Source: Spirochaetia bacterium (GTDB lineage Bacteria; Spirochaetota; Spirochaetia; DSM-2461). From it: a DNA stretch of 64,000 bases. The stretch lies in assembly GCA_963666985.2 (NCBI GenBank), contig CAXXIA010000002.1, positions 3,008,001 to 3,072,000 of the forward strand, given 5' to 3'. Numbering within the stretch: position 1 is the stretch's first letter; every line of letters starts with the position of its first letter. Below the pieces are notes generated by a model, which did not search any database, was not told the origin of the DNA, and was given only the letters and a program-made list of their open reading frames with translations. The position numbers and the translations under genes are program-made. Below, piece by piece: positions 60,015-64,000 of this stretch.

Positions 60015-60249
60015 TCCAAACTCCTTTTCCATAATGGAATATTTATTCAAATCATCGTTGTTCCCCGGAGCGTGATTTCACAAGAGACGAAATCTCATAT
60101 GCATGTGATTTATTCTCCGATCTTAAGCACTCATGCGACAATTTCTCGTATTGTAAGGACAAAAACTCCGATTCGAAGAATGGCAAGCCGGATATGGCCC
60201 TTCAAACCGCGATTTTTTTCAGCCGGTATCGGGGGAAAAGCCGGATGAA

Positions 60250-61755
60250 TTACTCTTCCGGTTCGGCCATCCACTCAGAGGGGGTTCGGCCGTAGCGGTC
60301 TTTAAAGAGTCGCGTGAAGTGACGCCCGCTTTGGTATCCCAGAGAACGGGCCACTTCGCCGACATTCGCTTCCCCGCGCCGAAGAAGTTCTTTGGATTTT
60401 TCCAATCTGAGTTCGGTCAGCCTTCGGGTGAAATTCATTCCGGTCTCTTTTTTAAAGACGGTGCTCAGATAGTTGGGCGTTACTCCGAGACGCTCTGCGA
60501 CCTGACCGATTCCGATGTTGTCCCTGTAAAAGCGTTCGAGAATTTTCATGGCGCGTTCCACCAGGGTGTGCGGTGTTTCTCCGGCGTCACGGTTTGCGGT
60601 ATTGATCGCGGCATCCGAAAAGAGATTATGTCCTTCTTCACGAATGCGCCGGGTCAAATCGCCAAAATCCGCCGGCATCGGCGGAGGCAGCGGAACGGCA
60701 AATCGGGCAAACCAAGCCGGACCGTCCTGAATCGGTTCGTTATCCGGAAAATTACGGACAGCCTCTTCCAGGCGGTGTGAGAGAACATGAAATTCAGCTT
60801 CTTGCCCCAAGGTGTACGCGTCGCGAAGATCCTGAAGAAGATTCGCGGCTTTTAGAAAGCGCTCCGAACCGGCATGCCGGACCATTTCATCATATTCGGT
60901 TATCCGGCCGGCTCCGAGGAGAAAGCGGAGAATCGATTCTTCATCGAGGATTTCGATTTCGCGGAATAATTCTTCCGGTTCCTTAACCGCCCGTGTAAGA
61001 AGCCATGTATCTCCGATTCCCTCACCGGTCAGATTCCCGGTTATCGCCCGCAGCTCGTCGAATCGACGGCGCCACAACCGGGGAATTCCGACAGCGGACT
61101 GATTTCCCAATGTTGTTGCCAGGATAATAAGGAGACTTCCGTCTTTCATGGAAACAACACTGCCCGAGGAATCGTCGTACGTGTCGAGTTCCCCGATAAT
61201 CCGGCCCGCGAAATCTCTTCTGCGGCGCAGGATTTCTTCATGCGGCAAAAGGCTGTCCCAGATAACCATACAGGCCTGCCAGATCCTTTTCTCCGCGAAA
61301 AACGCATCGTATCGGATGGAGGTGGTGTCTCCCAGTACGGCGGCCGCCTTCGCTTCCAGCTCCCGGTTGCCGCGATGCCGTCTTTCACGCATCTTAGCCG
61401 ACAATTTTTTCATCAGTATCTTAAGTTCGTCGGGATCCGCGGGTTTGAGAAGGAAGTCTTCCACGCCCAGTTTCACCGCTTTTTGCGCATAGGCGAAATC
61501 GGCATGGCCGGTAATCATAACCCAAAGGGTTTCCGGAGAATATTCCCGCGCCTCGGAAACGGCCTCAAGTCCGTCTTTTTTCGGCATGCGGATATCCACG
61601 AATGCTATGTGCGGCCGGATTTCACGAGCTTTTTCGATAAGTTCCAAGCCGTTTTCCGCTTCAACAACGGTTTGTCTTTCTCCCTGAATGTCTTCGAGAA
61701 TGCTGATCAGCCCGTATCGGACCAGAGGCTCATCATCGGCGATCAGGATTCTCAT
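60250..61755 (-). CDS. YesN-type response regulator (REC + AraC HTH)
   Basis: IADDE, VDIRMP, YLSTVFKKETG, LGY....F...FK. Confidence 0.9.
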   Translation of the reverse strand: MRILIADDEPLVRYGLISILEDIQGERQTVVEAENGLELIEKAREIRPHIAFVDIRMPKKDGLEAVSEAREYSPETLWVMITGHADFAYAQKAVKLGVEDFLLKPADPDELKILMKKLSAKMRERRHRGNRELEAKAAAVLGDTTSIRYDAFFAEKRIWQACMVIWDSLLPHEEILRRRRDFAGRIIGELDTYDDSSGSVVSMKDGSLLIILATTLGNQSAVGIPRLWRRRFDELRAITGNLTGEGIGDTWLLTRAVKEPEELFREIEILDEESILRFLLGAGRITEYDEMVRHAGSERFLKAANLLQDLRDAYTLGQEAEFHVLSHRLEEAVRNFPDNEPIQDGPAWFARFAVPLPPPMPADFGDLTRRIREEGHNLFSDAAINTANRDAGETPHTLVERAMKILERFYRDNIGIGQVAERLGVTPNYLSTVFKKETGMNFTRRLTELRLEKSKELLRRGEANVGEVARSLGYQSGRHFTRLFKDRYGRTPSEWMAEPEE

Positions 61756-63815
61756 AACGGACTTCCCGCGAATATCGGTTCTTCGATTTCCAGTCGAATT
61801 CGTGTTCCCTCGCCGTCCTGACTCATCACGGAAAATCGGGATCCCGGATAGGTGAGTCTGAGTCTTGCTTTGACATTGGGAAGACCGATGCGTCCGCCGC
61901 CCTCCAGCACTTCCCGAGGAAGTCCGGCACCGTTGTCCCGGATTTCGATTTCCAAAATGCGCGAGCCGTCTCTGAAGGTCCAGGCGCTTTCCGCGCTCAA
62001 GTGCCCGGGCCGATCCAGCGGTTCGAGGCCGTGGATAATCGCGTTCTCCACGAGGGGCTGGAGCAGCAGCCGCGGTATCACGGCATCGCCCGTGCCGCCG
62101 CGAACAGTCAGATTATATTCCAGTCTTTCGCCGAAGCGGAGTTTTTGGAGTTCCAGGTATTCGCCGAGAAAGGCGAACTCCTCGGCGATGGTGGCATCCC
62201 GGCGTCCGTCCTGGACGTAGCGGAGCATTTTACGGAAGGAGAGGATGGAAGATTCCAATGTGTCTTTTTCTCCTTTCCGGTTCAGAGCGAAAAGGGCCGA
62301 GAGGACGTTGTAGATAAAGTGAGGCTGAACCTGAGACTGGAGCGCTTCATATTCGGCTTTGCCCTTTTCCAGAATTTCCGCGTAGCGCCTGTGGTGATCG
62401 ATGGTGAGGGAGGCGAATTCGGCGAAGGTGACCATGCGGGTAATTCCCAAATCGGTGAACCCTCTCTCCTTGTCCGTGATAACGGCCGTCAGTACGGCGT
62501 CGCAGCGCTCCGCGGGTACGATGGGTACGGCGATGAGAGACGAAATACCGTTCTCCAGGAGAGGAATGGCGCCGAATCGGCGGGCGCTGTCACGGGTATC
62601 GGCAATGATGACCGCATCGCGGCCCTTGGCCGCCGCGGATGGAATCAGAGCTTCGGGATCCGCTTTCGCCAGCGGAAAAAGATTCGAGCGATCAGTCTCG
62701 GAAGATTCCGGACGGCTTTCGGCCGCGACGCCGTCTTTCATCACGGACGATTCCTCAGGGCTCCCCGAATCATCGCCCGCGATGGAATCATGTTCGGAGA
62801 ATCCTCCCGCGAACGAGACCAGTCGGAGCTTCCCGCCGGGTTCCGCCACGTAATATCCCGCGGCGTCGGCCGTTGTATCGCGAACAACGGCCTGGACAAT
62901 CAGCTCCCGGAGGGTATCTTCGGGAACCTCTTCTTCCAAAGCGGCGCCGACGCTGCGGGTCAGTCCGAGAATGCTTTCCACGTTGTCTTTCAAATCGCGG
63001 GAAAGTTCGTCAAAGCGCCGGCCCAGTTCTCCCAGCTCATCGTCGTAGTCGGGATTCAGCGGATGAGAAAAGTCTCCTCGAGAAACACGAATAAAGGCCA
63101 TCTCCAGGCGACGGATTTTCGACAGGAGATCTTTGGAAATCAGATAAATCGTCAGCATGGCTCCGGCGATGATGAGCAGGGCGATTATCAGATCGATAAA
63201 GATGGTTTGGGTTTGGAGCCGTTCGCCGTACTCCCGGTAGCTCCGGATGAAATAGTTCATGAAGCTTTCGAAACTGTTGGTGAAATAATACGAGGTTTCC
63301 TGAATCTCATTAAAAAAGGGGATGAGAGTTTCATCCTTCTGCATTCGGTTGTAGAGATCGCCTTCGTTGGTATCGATCGCCTGAACGGCGAAGAGGATTT
63401 CCTCCATGCGCGCCAGTTTCGCCAGGGCCGTGGAATTCATTCGCCTCGCCGTTTCATAGTGATCCGCCAGTTCCGATCCGGTATCGAAAAAGCGAATCGG
63501 ACTGTCCATGAACCGGTCGAAGGTTTCCATGTAGTCCTTTACCGCCTCGGTCCATTGGCGCAGCGTAACCGAGGAGCGGGGCGCGTAGGTAAGGGCGCGT
63601 ACGTGGCCGTAGAGCTGAGGGGAAAAGAGATCGAAAACCAGATCTTTCATCAGTCCCATCACATCCCGGCTTTTCACCTGAAGTTCCATGCCCAGAGAAA
63701 TGGCTTCCTGGATTTTTCGGGATCTGAGGGTGCTGTAGAGCGTGAGTCCCGTAATGGCCGCCAAAGAGGCGAGTATAACGGCCGAATACCAGAGAAGACG
63801 CCTTCTGATCGTCAT
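61752..63815 (-). CDS. YesM/LytS-type sensor kinase with HAMP and GAF-like domains
   Basis: Start ATG 63815; LQSQVQPHFIYNVL, LQPLVENAIIHG, DNGAG, IGLPNV. Confidence 0.88.
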   Translation of the reverse strand: MTIRRRLLWYSAVILASLAAITGLTLYSTLRSRKIQEAISLGMELQVKSRDVMGLMKDLVFDLFSPQLYGHVRALTYAPRSSVTLRQWTEAVKDYMETFDRFMDSPIRFFDTGSELADHYETARRMNSTALAKLARMEEILFAVQAIDTNEGDLYNRMQKDETLIPFFNEIQETSYYFTNSFESFMNYFIRSYREYGERLQTQTIFIDLIIALLIIAGAMLTIYLISKDLLSKIRRLEMAFIRVSRGDFSHPLNPDYDDELGELGRRFDELSRDLKDNVESILGLTRSVGAALEEEVPEDTLRELIVQAVVRDTTADAAGYYVAEPGGKLRLVSFAGGFSEHDSIAGDDSGSPEESSVMKDGVAAESRPESSETDRSNLFPLAKADPEALIPSAAAKGRDAVIIADTRDSARRFGAIPLLENGISSLIAVPIVPAERCDAVLTAVITDKERGFTDLGITRMVTFAEFASLTIDHHRRYAEILEKGKAEYEALQSQVQPHFIYNVLSALFALNRKGEKDTLESSILSFRKMLRYVQDGRRDATIAEEFAFLGEYLELQKLRFGERLEYNLTVRGGTGDAVIPRLLLQPLVENAIIHGLEPLDRPGHLSAESAWTFRDGSRILEIEIRDNGAGLPREVLEGGGRIGLPNVKARLRLTYPGSRFSVMSQDGEGTRIRLEIEEPIFAGSPL

Positions 63816-64000
63816 GCATCCAGTCCTTCGGCGGTTTTGCCGAGCATGAGGGTGATTGTGTCCGCCGTTCGCCGCGGAATGTCGAGTTCGGAGGCGAGGG
63901 AGGGCCATTCGGAGAAGGCATCCCGAATTCGTTCGATATTCAGCCGGGCGTCCCGTGCGGTCAGATCGCAATGGGATGCGAAGGCCAGAAGATCGTTCAT
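63812..64000 (-). CDS. C-terminal fragment of a probable HipA-family kinase; 5' part outside the window
   Basis: DLLAFA...A...IERIRDAFSEWPSLASELDIP resembles the HipA C-terminal helices; only 62 aa visible. Confidence 0.5.
   Translation of the reverse strand: MNDLLAFASHCDLTARDARLNIERIRDAFSEWPSLASELDIPRRTADTITLMLGKTAEGLDA

Noticed and set aside
4270..60130. Frequent CTTAAG hexamer in intergenic regions
   Set aside because: Too short, no fixed position, and also present inside CDSs
1..64000. CRISPR arrays, tRNA/rRNA, IS elements, integrases, prophage or defence islands, recoded stops
   Set aside because: No spaced repeats, RNA-gene signatures, recombinase motifs or split conserved genes seen by eye; small structured RNAs could have been missed

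Overview
A gene-dense, mostly GC-rich bacterial chromosomal window with about 50 CDSs. I recognised no rRNA, tRNA, CRISPR array, transposase or phage gene. Gene content and signal-peptide style suggest a free-living anaerobic spirochaete; this is inference, since no marker gene is present. Housekeeping genes are ilvD, a PHP histidinol phosphatase, lipB, ald with an Lrp regulator, and glutamine-dependent nadE. Carbohydrate genes are a ROK regulator with two tandem GH94 phosphorylases, and a rhamnose ABC importer with rhaM and a YesM/YesN-type two-component system. c-di-GMP signalling is represented by a hybrid kinase with an HD-GYP regulator and two GGDEF proteins. Sulfur-related genes are a DUF1214-sulfotransferase-SDR operon, a CoADR-rhodanese-TusA-DsrE fusion and an anaerobic sulfatase maturase. 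There is also an ABC-2 exporter and a LysR-controlled reductive catabolic cluster. The most notable signals outside the ORF track are: (1) a -10 hexamer 6-7 nt before the ATG of eight ORFs, implying frequent leaderless mRNAs; (2) a leaderless 22-aa leader peptide with an attenuator upstream of the ABC-2 exporter; (3) an Old Yellow Enzyme-type reductase lacking the usual catalytic Tyr; (4) recurrent Gly/Ala/Ser-rich in-frame insertions in unrelated proteins. All family calls come from motif recognition, not database searches.
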